Shown: positions 39,758 to 48,940 of the stretch, one piece after another
Position numbering within the stretch: the stretch's first letter is position 1
How the letters are laid out: each line of letters starts with the position of its first letter
Assembly: GCA_016705545.1 (NCBI GenBank)
Contig: JADIYA010000020.1
Location: 15,413 to 79,412 of the forward strand
DNA from: Flavobacteriales bacterium
Lineage (GTDB): Bacteria; Bacteroidota; Bacteroidia; Flavobacteriales_F; PHOS-HE28
Direction: 5' to 3'
DNA: 64,000 nucleotides
Made by a program: the position numbers and the translations under genes
Notes under the pieces: generated by a model
The model's input: only the letters and a program-made list of their open reading frames with translations
Databases searched by the model: none
What the model was told of the DNA's origin: nothing

Positions 39758-42700
39758 ATGAAAAAGACACTCCTCCTCCTCACGGCCCTCGCGCTCTCCC
39801 TTGGCGCGCTCGCCCAAGTGCCGCAGCGCATTAGCTACCAAGCCATCCTGCGCGATGCCGGCGGTGCCATTCAGCCCAACACCAGCGCTACGCTCGGCCT
39901 CGCCGTGCTGCAAGGCAGCGCCGGTGGCCCTGTGGTGTACAATGAGAACCATGCGGTGACCACCAACGGCTTCGGCCTGGCCAACGTGCCGCTCGGCGGT
40001 GGCACCGTGGTGAGCGGCAACTTCGCTCAGATCGATTGGAGCGCAGGCCCCTACTTCGTGCGCACCAGCGTGAACGGTACGCCGCTCGGCACCTCACAAT
40101 TGCTGAGCGTGCCATACGCGCTGTTTGCAGAACAGAGCAACACGCCTGGTCCGCAGGGCGAACAAGGCGAACCCGGGCCGCAAGGACCTCCCGGCGCCGA
40201 CGGAACCGGCGTGACGATCCTTGGCTCGCTCACCAACGTGAACCAATTGCCTACCGGTGGAGAACCCGGTGATGCCTACTTGGTGAATGGCAGCCTCTAC
40301 GTTTGGAGCGAGACCACGAACGACTGGGAGAACGTCGGTTCCATTCAGGGTCCAGCCGGTGCAACCGGTCCGGCAGGTGCTGATGGGCGCACGATCCTGA
40401 ACGGCGCGAGCAATCCCGCAGCGGGTACAGGTTCGAATGGCGACTTCTACATCAACACCGCCACCAACACGCTTTTCGGCCCGAAGACCGGCGGCGTATG
40501 GGGAAGCGGCACATCCTTGATTGGACCAATCGGCCCCCAAGGCCTTACTGGACCACAGGGCATTGCAGGGCCCGCAGGCGCAACAGGCAGCACCGGGCCA
40601 CAAGGTGCGCAAGGTGTACAGGGGCCTGTGGGTGCTACAGGGCCGCAAGGTCCTGCTGGTGCAGATGGAACAGGCGTGACGATCCTTGGAACACTGCTCA
40701 ATGAAGGACAGCTCCCGGGAACAGGGTGATCCGGGCGACGCCTACCTGATCAATGGCAGCCTCTATGTGTGGAGCGCGACCACGAATGATTGGGAGAATG
40801 TCGGGTCCATACAAGGCCCTGCCGGGCCACAAGGCCCGCAAGGAGTGGCCGGCCCCACAGGTGCAACGGGACCGCAGGGGGCTACTGGTCCGCAAGGCGC
40901 AACAGGAGCAACAGGACCGCAAGGTGTGCCGGGCACCAACGGAACCAACGGGATCAACGGAACGAACGGTACCAATGGCGCGGATGGCCGCACCGTGCTG
41001 AATGGAACAAGCAACCCAACCGGTGGCACGGGTGCCAACGGCGACTTCTACATCAACACCAGCACGAGCAACATCTTCGGGCCGAAGACCGCCGGCGTTT
41101 GGGGTGCTGGCGTACCGTTGATCGGACCGCAAGGTCCGCAAGGGGCAACAGGTGCTACAGGCGCAACCGGGCCGCAGGGCACTCAAGGCCCGCAAGGTGT
41201 GCCGGGCACCAACGGAACCAACGGGATCAACGGAACGAACGGTACCAATGGCGCGGATGGCCGCACCGTGCTGAATGGAACAAGCAACCCAACCGGTGGC
41301 ACGGGTGCCAACGGCGACTTCTACATCAACACCAGCACGAGCAACATCTTCGGGCCAAAGACCGCCGGCGTTTGGGGCGCAGGCGTACCACTGATCGGAC
41401 CTCAAGGTCCGCAAGGGGCAACAGGCGCCACCGGGCCGCAGGGCACGCAAGGTCCACAAGGTGTACCAGGCACCAACGGAACGAACGGTACGAATGGCAC
41501 CAATGGTGCGGACGGCCGCACCGTGCTCAGCGGCGCAGGCAACCCTACAGCGGGCATCGGCGTGAATGGCGACTTCTACATCAACACCAGCACGAGCAAC
41601 ATCTTCGGGCCGAAGACCGCCGGCGTTTGGGGCGCAGGCGTACCGCTGATCGGACCACAAGGGGCAACTGGCGCCACGGGTGCGACTGGCGCAACAGGCC
41701 CACAAGGCGTTCCTGGAACCAATGGCACGAACGGGACCAACGGTCTCAACGGCAAGACCGTATTGAATGGCGCTGCGGATCCGACTGGCGGAACGGGCAC
41801 TGATGGGGATTTCTACATCAACACCACCACGGACTTCATTTTCGGGCCGAAGACCGCTGGGGCGTGGGGAGCGGGCACTTCATTGGTAGGACCGCAAGGA
41901 CCTGCAGGTGGTGGAAGCGGTTGGCTGCTCACGGGTAATGCTGGGATCAACCCTGCCACGAACTTCTTGGGCACCACCGATGCACAACCACTGAATTTCC
42001 GGATGAATAACATCACATCCGGAACCATCAATAACATAACACGCAACACAGCACTGGGTTCCTTCACACTCGACGCCTCGCCAACCGGGAACTGGAATTC
42101 CGCTATCGGATACGAAGCGCTCCGCTTCCTTACCACCGGAGCCTTCAACGCAGCCATTGGCGCACGTGCCCTGAAAGCGAATACAACCGGATATGATAAT
42201 TCTGCGATGGGCACTGAGGCGATGACCTCGAATACCACTGGCTACCGGAATGCCGCCTTCGGCGCGGCTTCTCTCTATCTGAACACGACGGGATTCTACA
42301 ATACTGCGGCTGGTGTGTATGCGCTATTCGAGAACTCCTCTGGCTTCTCCAACGTCGCTCCGGCGTCTCTGCCATGAAGAACAACCAGACCCGTTCGCAC
42401 AACGCAGCGATCGGCGATAGCGCCTTCACCAATGACAATGGCCTTCCTCCGTTGGTCGGTGAGACGCCCCCGCCGACCGGCTATTACAACACGGCGGTTG
42501 GGAGCAAGGCTATGCAAGGCAACGTCAGCGGTTACTACAATTCATCGCTGGGCTATCGAAGCTTGTACACGAACGACAACGGTTTCAGCAACACGGGTAT
42601 CGGGTCATTCGCCCTGACACTTTCGAGCACCGGTTATGGCAACTCTGCGATTGGCAGCGGGTCACTGCAATTCAATACCGCAGGAAATGAGAACTCGGCT

Positions 42701-43336
42701 TTGGGCCTGAATGCGCTCAGCCAGAATTCTAGCGGTAGTTTCAACACCGCTGTAGGTGCATATGCCGGCCCGAATGCGGCAACCCGAAGCAACACCACTG
42801 CGGTTGGCTACCAAGCCAGCTGCACCGCCGGCAACATGGTGCGCGTAGGCAACAGTGCTGTTACCAGCATCGGGGGCTACACGGGCTGGACGAACATCAG
42901 CGATGAACGCGTGAAGAACAACGTGCAAGCGAATGTTCCTGGCTTGGCTTTCATCACCCGCCTGCGCCCGGTGACCTATCACTTGAACGTGGACAAGATC
43001 GCCGCCCACCTTGGCGAGGACATGCGGCTCGACAAGAACGGCAACCGAATCCCGATGCCCTTGGCCCCTGAAATAGCACAAGCCCGTGCGGAGAAATCAG
43101 CGCTTCTTCAAACCGGCTTCATCGCGCAAGAGGTGGAAGCCGCTGCGCAAGAGGTCGGATTCGACTTCAGCGGCGTGGATAAGGCCGGCGATGGCGATGA
43201 TCTTGTCGGCCTGCGCTACGCGGAGTTCGTCGTCCCCTTGGTGAAAGCCGTGCAGGAACAGCAGGCCCAGATCGAGGCGCAGCAGAATGAGATTCTTGAG
43301 CTCAAGGCCCTGGTACAGCAGCTCCTGAAACGCTGA
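39758..43336 (+). CDS. collagen-like triple-helix repeat protein with tail-fibre-type head repeats and C-terminal S74 intramolecular-chaperone domain (about 1190 aa); frame broken near 40724 and near 42360
   Basis: Signal peptide MKKTLLLLTALALSLGALAQ. Gly-X-Y runs (GPQGEQGEPGPQGPPGADG, GPQGATGATGPQG...). Modules GDFYINT...FGPKT..VWG. N-x-A-x-G repeats (NTAVGSKAM, NSALGLNAL). SDERVKNN...GFIAQEVE...LRYAEFVVPLVKAVQEQQAQIEAQQNEILELK. ORFs 39758-40729, 40686-42377 and 42374-43336 join if one base is removed from CAGGG (40724-26) and one is restored near 42358. Confidence 0.8.
40850..41900 (+). repeat. four tandem coding repeats of about 264-273 bp inside the collagen-like gene
   Basis: The block GGCACCAACGGAAC...GACTTCTACATCAACACCAGCACGAGCAACATCTTCGGGCC recurs at about 40932, 41205 and 41469, with a diverged copy near 41715. 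Confidence 0.8.
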
Positions 43337-43350
43337 TCAGTCATCCATCC

Positions 43351-43391
43351 GGGCGGGGATCGAAGGCATGTTTATCCTTCGGTGCCCGCCC
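43351..43391 (+). terminator. imperfect hairpin after the collagen-like gene
   Basis: GGGCGGG...CGAAGG / CCTTCG...CCCGCCC nested stems, 15 nt after the stop at 43336. Confidence 0.35.
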
Positions 43392-43405
43392 GCCTCGTTC
43401 CAACT

Positions 43406-45244
43406 ATGCGCACCCTGACGCTCCTCCCGCTCCTTGTTCTATCCCACTGTTCCAGCGCGCAAAGCGACCGGACGGATTCGCTGCGGAGCTTGATCGGCGA
43501 GCACATCACGAAGAGGAGCCTAGCGGATACAATCCAAGCCGCCCGATACAGGCAGCTCACGCGCGCATTCATCAATGCTGGCATGCTCGACTCCGCCGCC
43601 GTGGTTGCCCAGGAGTGCGTCGAATTCATGTCACACGCCAATGGTCCTTTCGCGCAAGAAGCGGCTTGGTTGAGGCACCGCATGCAGGCGCACAAGTTGA
43701 TCGGCATGGTGTCCTTCTACCGAGGGGGGTATGATGAGGCGCTGGAAGCCATGCAGGATTACCAGCGCGACGCATCATCGATCGGCTCCGCTACGGACGA
43801 GGGCGCGGCGTACAACTACATGTCGTACTGCTTCCGCTCCATGAACGACAACCAGCAGGCGGAGCGCCATGCGCGAGAGGCCATCCGGATCCTTGGCGCG
43901 CTCACGCCCGATCAGGATCTCGCTGATGCCTACACGGGGCTCGCAAGCACATTGGCCGATGAGGACCGCATCGACAGCGCGCAGCACTACAACCGGCTCG
44001 CGATCGCCGTTTACGACCGCATCGGCAACGTGGCCAACACGACGAATACCTGGCTGAACACGGCGGATAACTGGGCTCGCATCGAAGCCTATGATTCCTG
44101 CGCGGTCGCGCTCGCACACGCGCGCACCGGATTGGACCAAGCATTACCGGACGCTTGGATGAAATACCATGCCCATAGGGGCCGCATGCTGCTCGCAACG
44201 GGCGCGATCGCATCGGCCGGGAGCGCTCTGGACAGCGCCATGCAGCTCGCGAAAGACCTCGGTAGCGCAGAGGCCATGGCCCATGTGGGCGCCCTTCAGG
44301 CACTCACCGCTGCGGCATCGGGCAGGTACCGTGAGGCCATCGCGCTTCATCGCAGCGCCAACGATGCGTTGATCGAGGACCTCGACCTTGAGAAGAGCCG
44401 CGCGCTCACCGAGGCGCGCTTGACCTTCGAGCATGAACAAGACCTCGCCGAAGCGGAGCAGCGCATCGCGCAGCAACGCGAACAGAAACGCCTCTTCCTG
44501 CTGATCGGCGGACTAGCGCTCTTGTGCGCGATCGCACTTCTGGTCCTCTACATCTCCACCAGGAGATCACGCGCGATCATCCAGCGCGAACGCGATGTGA
44601 GCGACAAGCTGCTGCTGAACATCCTGCCATACGAAGTGGCGCAGGAGCTCAAGGAGAAGGGCGAGGCCGAAGCACGGCTGATTGACCAGGCCACGATCCT
44701 CTTCTCCGACTTCATGGGATTCACAGGCGTCAGCGAATCGCTCTCGCCGCAGGAATTGGTGGAGGAGCTGAATGTGTGCTTCAAAGCCTTCGATGACATC
44801 ATCACCGCACGTGGCATAGAGAAGATCAAGACCATCGGCGATGCCTACATGGCGGCCGGCGGGCTGCCTGCGCCCCGAACCAGCGCGCCCACCGATGTCG
44901 TGCTCGCCGCGCTGGAGATGCAGGCTTTCATGCAGGAGCGGAAGCAGATCCGGGAGGCGCAGCGACGGCCCTCCTTCGCCATGCGCGTCGGGATCCACAC
45001 CGGTCCCGTGGTGGCTGGCATCGTTGGTGTGAAGAAGTTCCAGTACGACATCTGGGGCGATACGGTGAACATCGCCGCACGCATGGAGAGCAGCGGTGAA
45101 CCTGATCAGGTGAACATCAGCGAGGCAACCCATGAGCTGGTAAGACATGAGCGCGGCCTGTCCTTTTCGCCCCGAGGAAAGGTGCTGGCAAAGGGCAAAG
45201 GGGAGCTGGAGATGTTCTTCGTGCAACGCGACGAGATGCGCTAA
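43406..45244 (+). CDS. membrane-anchored class III adenylate/guanylate cyclase with N-terminal TPR sensor region
   Basis: MRTLTLLPLLVLSHCSSAQ; TPR repeats; TM LFLLIGGLALLCAIALLVLY; cyclase core ATILFSDFMGFTGVSE...KIKTIGDAYMAAGGLP...VGIHTGPVVAGIVGVKKFQYDIWGDTVNIAARMES. Confidence 0.9.
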   Translation: MRTLTLLPLLVLSHCSSAQSDRTDSLRSLIGEHITKRSLADTIQAARYRQLTRAFINAGMLDSAAVVAQECVEFMSHANGPFAQEAAWLRHRMQAHKLIGMVSFYRGGYDEALEAMQDYQRDASSIGSATDEGAAYNYMSYCFRSMNDNQQAERHAREAIRILGALTPDQDLADAYTGLASTLADEDRIDSAQHYNRLAIAVYDRIGNVANTTNTWLNTADNWARIEAYDSCAVALAHARTGLDQALPDAWMKYHAHRGRMLLATGAIASAGSALDSAMQLAKDLGSAEAMAHVGALQALTAAASGRYREAIALHRSANDALIEDLDLEKSRALTEARLTFEHEQDLAEAEQRIAQQREQKRLFLLIGGLALLCAIALLVLYISTRRSRAIIQRERDVSDKLLLNILPYEVAQELKEKGEAEARLIDQATILFSDFMGFTGVSESLSPQELVEELNVCFKAFDDIITARGIEKIKTIGDAYMAAGGLPAPRTSAPTDVVLAALEMQAFMQERKQIREAQRRPSFAMRVGIHTGPVVAGIVGVKKFQYDIWGDTVNIAARMESSGEPDQVNISEATHELVRHERGLSFSPRGKVLAKGKGELEMFFVQRDEMR

Positions 45245-45289
45245 CCCATGGCCGATCCTGACAGGAAAGGCCGATAGTCGATACGAGCA

Positions 45290-46039
45290 CTACCTCAGCG
45301 CCACCCGCTCCAGCAGCTTGCCGTAGTACGAATCGCCGATGGGGATGGACCCTTTGCCATCCTCCATGATCACATGCGGGGCGTCGATAGCCTCCACCTT
45401 GTCGAGCCGGACGATGAAGCTGCGATGGATGCGCATGAACTTATCGGTGGGCAGGCGTGATTCGATGTGCTTCATGGTGCCGTGCACGATGTAGCGCTTG
45501 TCCTTCACATGCACGCTGAAGTAGTCCTTGAGCGCAGATATGTAATACACATCCTCCAGCGCCACGCGAACCTGCCGACCCTGGTGCTTGAGGAAGAGCG
45601 GACCCGTGGAAGCCTCGCGGGTGGCCAACTCATGCAACTGGTCGCGCTCGCGGCGAAGTTCTGAATCATGGATGTGCTTGTGCAAGGCCATCTCGATCGC
45701 CGCCTGCACCTCCACCACCTTGAAGGGCTTCACGATGTAGCCGTAGGGCTCGGCGATGCGCGCTTTGTTCAGCGTGGCCTCGTCGCTATAGGCGGTGAGG
45801 AAGATGACCGGGATCCCGAGTTCGCCGCCGATCACCATGGCCGCTTCGATGCCGCTCATGTCGCCCTTGAGCATGATGTCCATGAGCACCAGGTCCGGGT
45901 GCTGCTGCTCCGCCAGATCGATGGCCGCCTGGCCCTCGGCCGCAGAGCCCGCGATCTCGTACCCCAATTGCGTGAGCGTGCGCTCGATGTCCTTGCGCAC
46001 GATACCCTCGTCCTCGACCACCAGAATCCTGCTCGGCAT
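45290..46039 (-). CDS. LytTR-family response regulator
   Basis: Receiver ILVVEDEGIVRKD...DLVLMDIMLKGDMSG...; LytTR domain VYYISALKDYFSVHVKDKRYIVHGTMKHIESRLPTDKFMRIHRSFIV. Confidence 0.9.
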   Translation of the reverse strand: MPSRILVVEDEGIVRKDIERTLTQLGYEIAGSAAEGQAAIDLAEQQHPDLVLMDIMLKGDMSGIEAAMVIGGELGIPVIFLTAYSDEATLNKARIAEPYGYIVKPFKVVEVQAAIEMALHKHIHDSELRRERDQLHELATREASTGPLFLKHQGRQVRVALEDVYYISALKDYFSVHVKDKRYIVHGTMKHIESRLPTDKFMRIHRSFIVRLDKVEAIDAPHVIMEDGKGSIPIGDSYYGKLLERVALR

Positions 46040-46232
46040 GCTTGCTCGGTTTTAGCGCCCAACGTTGCGTTAGTGGCAACGTTAGGATGCTTCGCCCGCG
46101 AAGTTGGTTCAAATCGCTGAACGGGCGGGCGGCATCGACCGGAACGAGGCGTTGCGCGCCGCTCTCCATCTTTGTCGGCCTTCTCCCAAACCGGCCGCAA
46201 AAAGCCCGGGTCAGGCGCGGCAGCATAGCAAC

Positions 46233-47690
46233 ATGGACATCACCCCGATCAAATCCGTCCTCGACGACACCGCCCTTACCGGCACCACCCTCACCGTGGC
46301 CGGCTGGGTGCGCACCTTCCGCAACGACCGCTTCATCGCTTTGAACGATGGAAGCACCATCCGCAACCTGCAGTGCGTGATCGACCAGGAACAGGTGGTG
46401 CCGGAGATGCGCGCGCGCTTCACCACCAGCGCTGCCGTGAAGTGCACCGGCGTGATCGTGGAGAGCAAGGGCAGCGGCCAACGCGTGGAGATGCAGGTGA
46501 CCGCCGTGGAGGTGCTCGGCGACAGCGATGCGGAGAAGTATCCCATCCAGCCGAAGAAGCACTCGCTTGAGTTCCTGCGCGAGAACGCCCACCTGCGCTT
46601 CCGCACCAACACGTACAGCGCCATCTTCCGCATGCGCCACCAGGTGAGCTTCGGAATCCACGAATATTTCGACCAGAACGGCTACAACTACTTCCACGCG
46701 CCGATCATCACCGCGAGCGATGCGGAAGGTGCGGGTGAGATGTTCCGCGTGAGCACCTTGGATGCGAAGAACCCGCCGCTGAACGACGATGGCTCCGTGA
46801 ACTGGAAAGAAGACTTCTTCGGAGCGGAGAGCCGCCTCACCGTAAGCGGTCAGTTGCAGGCTGAACTCGCTGCGCTCGCACTGGGCAAGGTCTACACCTT
46901 CGGCCCCACCTTCCGCGCCGAGAACAGCAACACCGCGCGCCACCTCGCCGAGTTCTGGATGATCGAGCCCGAGGCCGCCTTCATGGACCTCAAGGGCGAC
47001 ATGGACCTCGCCGAAGGCCTGTGCAAGCACCTCATCGCCCGCGTGCTGCGCAACAGCATGGACGATCTGCAGTTCTTGGATGCGCGTTTGAAGGAAGAAG
47101 AAGCAACGAAGCCGAAGGAGCAACGCAGTGAGATGGGCTTGATCGATCGATTGAAGTTCGTGTTGGAGAATCCTTTTGAGCGGATCACCTACACGGACGC
47201 GATCGATATCCTGCTGCGCAGCAAACCGCACCAGAAAGGTCAATTCCAGTTCCCCGTGGAATGGGGCATCGATCTACAGAGCGAACACGAGCGCTACCTG
47301 GTGGAGAAGCACTTCAAGAAGCCGGTGATCGTCACGGGCTATCCCGGCAAGATCAAGGCCTTCTACATGCGCACCAACGCGCCGGGCGACTTCGGCTACA
47401 GCGACAAGGGCACCACCGTGGCCGCCATGGACGTGCTCTTCCCCGGCATTGGCGAGATCATTGGTGGCAGCCAACGCGAGGAGCGATTGGATGTGCTCGA
47501 AGCACGCATGAAGGAGATGCACGTGCCCGCCGAGGAGCTTTGGTGGTACCTGGACACGCGTCGCTTCGGCACCGTACCGCACGCAGGTTTTGGACTGGGG
47601 CTGGAGCGCTTCGTGCTATTCGTCACCGGCATGGGGAACATCCGGGATGTGATTCCGTTCCCGAGGACGCCGAAGAGCGCGGAATTCTAA
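46233..47690 (+). CDS. asnS: asparagine--tRNA ligase AsnS
   Basis: ATG at 46233: MDITPIKSVL...TVAGWVRTFRNDRFIALNDGS; class II motifs FRAENSNTARHLAEFWMIEPE and GFGLGLERFVLFVTGMGNIRDVIPFPRTP. Confidence 0.95.
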   Translation: MDITPIKSVLDDTALTGTTLTVAGWVRTFRNDRFIALNDGSTIRNLQCVIDQEQVVPEMRARFTTSAAVKCTGVIVESKGSGQRVEMQVTAVEVLGDSDAEKYPIQPKKHSLEFLRENAHLRFRTNTYSAIFRMRHQVSFGIHEYFDQNGYNYFHAPIITASDAEGAGEMFRVSTLDAKNPPLNDDGSVNWKEDFFGAESRLTVSGQLQAELAALALGKVYTFGPTFRAENSNTARHLAEFWMIEPEAAFMDLKGDMDLAEGLCKHLIARVLRNSMDDLQFLDARLKEEEATKPKEQRSEMGLIDRLKFVLENPFERITYTDAIDILLRSKPHQKGQFQFPVEWGIDLQSEHERYLVEKHFKKPVIVTGYPGKIKAFYMRTNAPGDFGYSDKGTTVAAMDVLFPGIGEIIGGSQREERLDVLEARMKEMHVPAEELWWYLDTRRFGTVPHAGFGLGLERFVLFVTGMGNIRDVIPFPRTPKSAEF

Positions 47691-48592
47691 GACCTTCCGA
47701 TCCGCACGCTCGTCATCGTCAACGAGCCAGCCAGCGCATGATCATTGAAGAGCGTGGCTTGCTCATCCTTGCGCTGCAAAGCCAACACATAGAGCAAAGG
47801 CAGGAAATGCTCGCCGCTGTTGATCGCGAGGTCGAAGGCGCGGCCTTGGCTGCGGTAGGCGGTCAGCGGTGAATGATCGCCGGTAGCGATCGCGCGCTTC
47901 ATCTTCTCACTGGCTTCTCGTGCCCAATCGAATGCGAAGGGCTGATTGAGCTTGTTCCAGTCGACCATGCCCAGGTTATGCACCATGTTGCCACTGCCGA
48001 TGATGAGCACGCCCTTATCGCGCAGCGTCGCGATCTCCTTCGCGAGGGCGTAATGCTGTTCCGGCGATAGGTTGCGATCGATGCTCATCTGGATGATGGG
48101 CACATCGGCATTCGGGTAGAGGTGTTTCACCACGCTCCATGCGCCATGATCGAGGCCCCAGTTCTGGTCCAAGCCAACGGAGGTGCTGGTGATGGAGCGC
48201 TTCACCTCCTCTGCCAGCTCCGGGCTGCCCGGCGCGGGGTACTGCACATCGAACAGCGCCTTCGGGAATCCGCCGAAGTCGTGGATGGTGCGCGGCTTGG
48301 CCATCGCGGTCACGTAGGTGCCCCGAGTCTCCCAGTGCGCGCTCACACAGATGATCGCCTGCGGCTTCGAAATCTCCGCCGCTACCTTCCGGAAGCCCCG
48401 CACGAACTCGTTCTCCTCGATGGCGTTCATCGGGCTGCCATGACCGAGGAAGAGCACGGGCATGCGCTCGGTCGGGGGCAAAGGATCGGTTAGACTGGTG
48501 AGCGCGTTCAGTTTCATGGCGGCTCCGGCTAATGGTACGGCGGCGAGGGTGGTGAGGAAATGCTTGCGGTCCACGAGGCTAAGTTCGGTCAA
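47687..48592 (-). CDS. 4,5-DOPA dioxygenase extradiol (YgiD-like) family protein
   Basis: MPVLFLGHGSPMNAIE...AIICVSAHWETRGTYVTA...PRTIHDFGGFPKALFDVQYPAPGSPELA. The start is uncertain: a TTG at 48592 gives a signal-like N-terminus, and there is an internal ATG at 48517. Confidence 0.85.
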   Translation of the reverse strand: MTELSLVDRKHFLTTLAAVPLAGAAMKLNALTSLTDPLPPTERMPVLFLGHGSPMNAIEENEFVRGFRKVAAEISKPQAIICVSAHWETRGTYVTAMAKPRTIHDFGGFPKALFDVQYPAPGSPELAEEVKRSITSTSVGLDQNWGLDHGAWSVVKHLYPNADVPIIQMSIDRNLSPEQHYALAKEIATLRDKGVLIIGSGNMVHNLGMVDWNKLNQPFAFDWAREASEKMKRAIATGDHSPLTAYRSQGRAFDLAINSGEHFLPLLYVLALQRKDEQATLFNDHALAGSLTMTSVRIGRS

Positions 48593-48654
48593 TGCTGAAC
48601 TGATGGGACATGCTGAACTTCAAGCGCTCCGATACCACCCGCCCTTTGCCCCGC

Positions 48655-48785
48655 CGCTTCTACTGCCTCGGCACCTACACCACCTGCGAGCGCACCATAC
48701 AGGAGTCTCCGATATGGAGCCTTTCTTCACGGCGCCTGTTCGTGTATCTCTGAAGATTGTCGCCATGGTGGGTCACTTGCCGTAG
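48655..48785 (+). pseudogene. internally deleted remnant of an ArsC/Spx-family gene (copy A)
   Basis: TTCTACTGCCTCGGCACCTACACCACCTGCGAGCGCACCATAC aligns with the 5' end of the intact copy (TTCTACTACCTCGGCACCTGCTCCACCTGTGAGCGCATCATGA). GAAGATTGTCGCCATGGTGGGTCACTTGCCGTAG aligns with its 3' end (GAAGGTGACGGCCGCGATGGCGGAGGCAAGCCGTAG). The middle of the gene is missing. Confidence 0.6.
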
Positions 48786-48940
48786 CGCGCACCCAAGGGG
48801 AATGCAATGATTGGGAGCCGGATTGCGCTTTACGGGGTTGTGGGGTCTGCCTTCGTGACCCCCGGCACCGATTGGTATCGCTCGCCTTTCATGCGCGCAA
48901 GGCTGGGCGGGACACCGGCTTGGGCATCCCGCCGCGACAC

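Noticed and set aside
996-42380. Considered programmed ribosomal frameshifting for the split genes (rlmN, uppP, metalloprotease, giant gene, collagen-like gene).
   Set aside because: There are no slippery heptamers or downstream pseudoknots. The breaks affect unrelated genes, some of them essential. They sit at plain G/C runs or in low-quality repeat units, so consensus indels are the simpler explanation.
39758-43336. Considered whether the tail-fibre/S74 gene marks a prophage.
   Set aside because: No capsid, terminase, portal, baseplate, integrase or lysis genes lie within about 10 kb on either side. The neighbours are secreted and signalling proteins on the same strand.
47687-47690. The 4-nt overlap of the convergent asnS and DOPA-dioxygenase-like stop codons.
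   Set aside because: It is real in the sequence but commonplace, and no structure or regulatory signal is associated with it.
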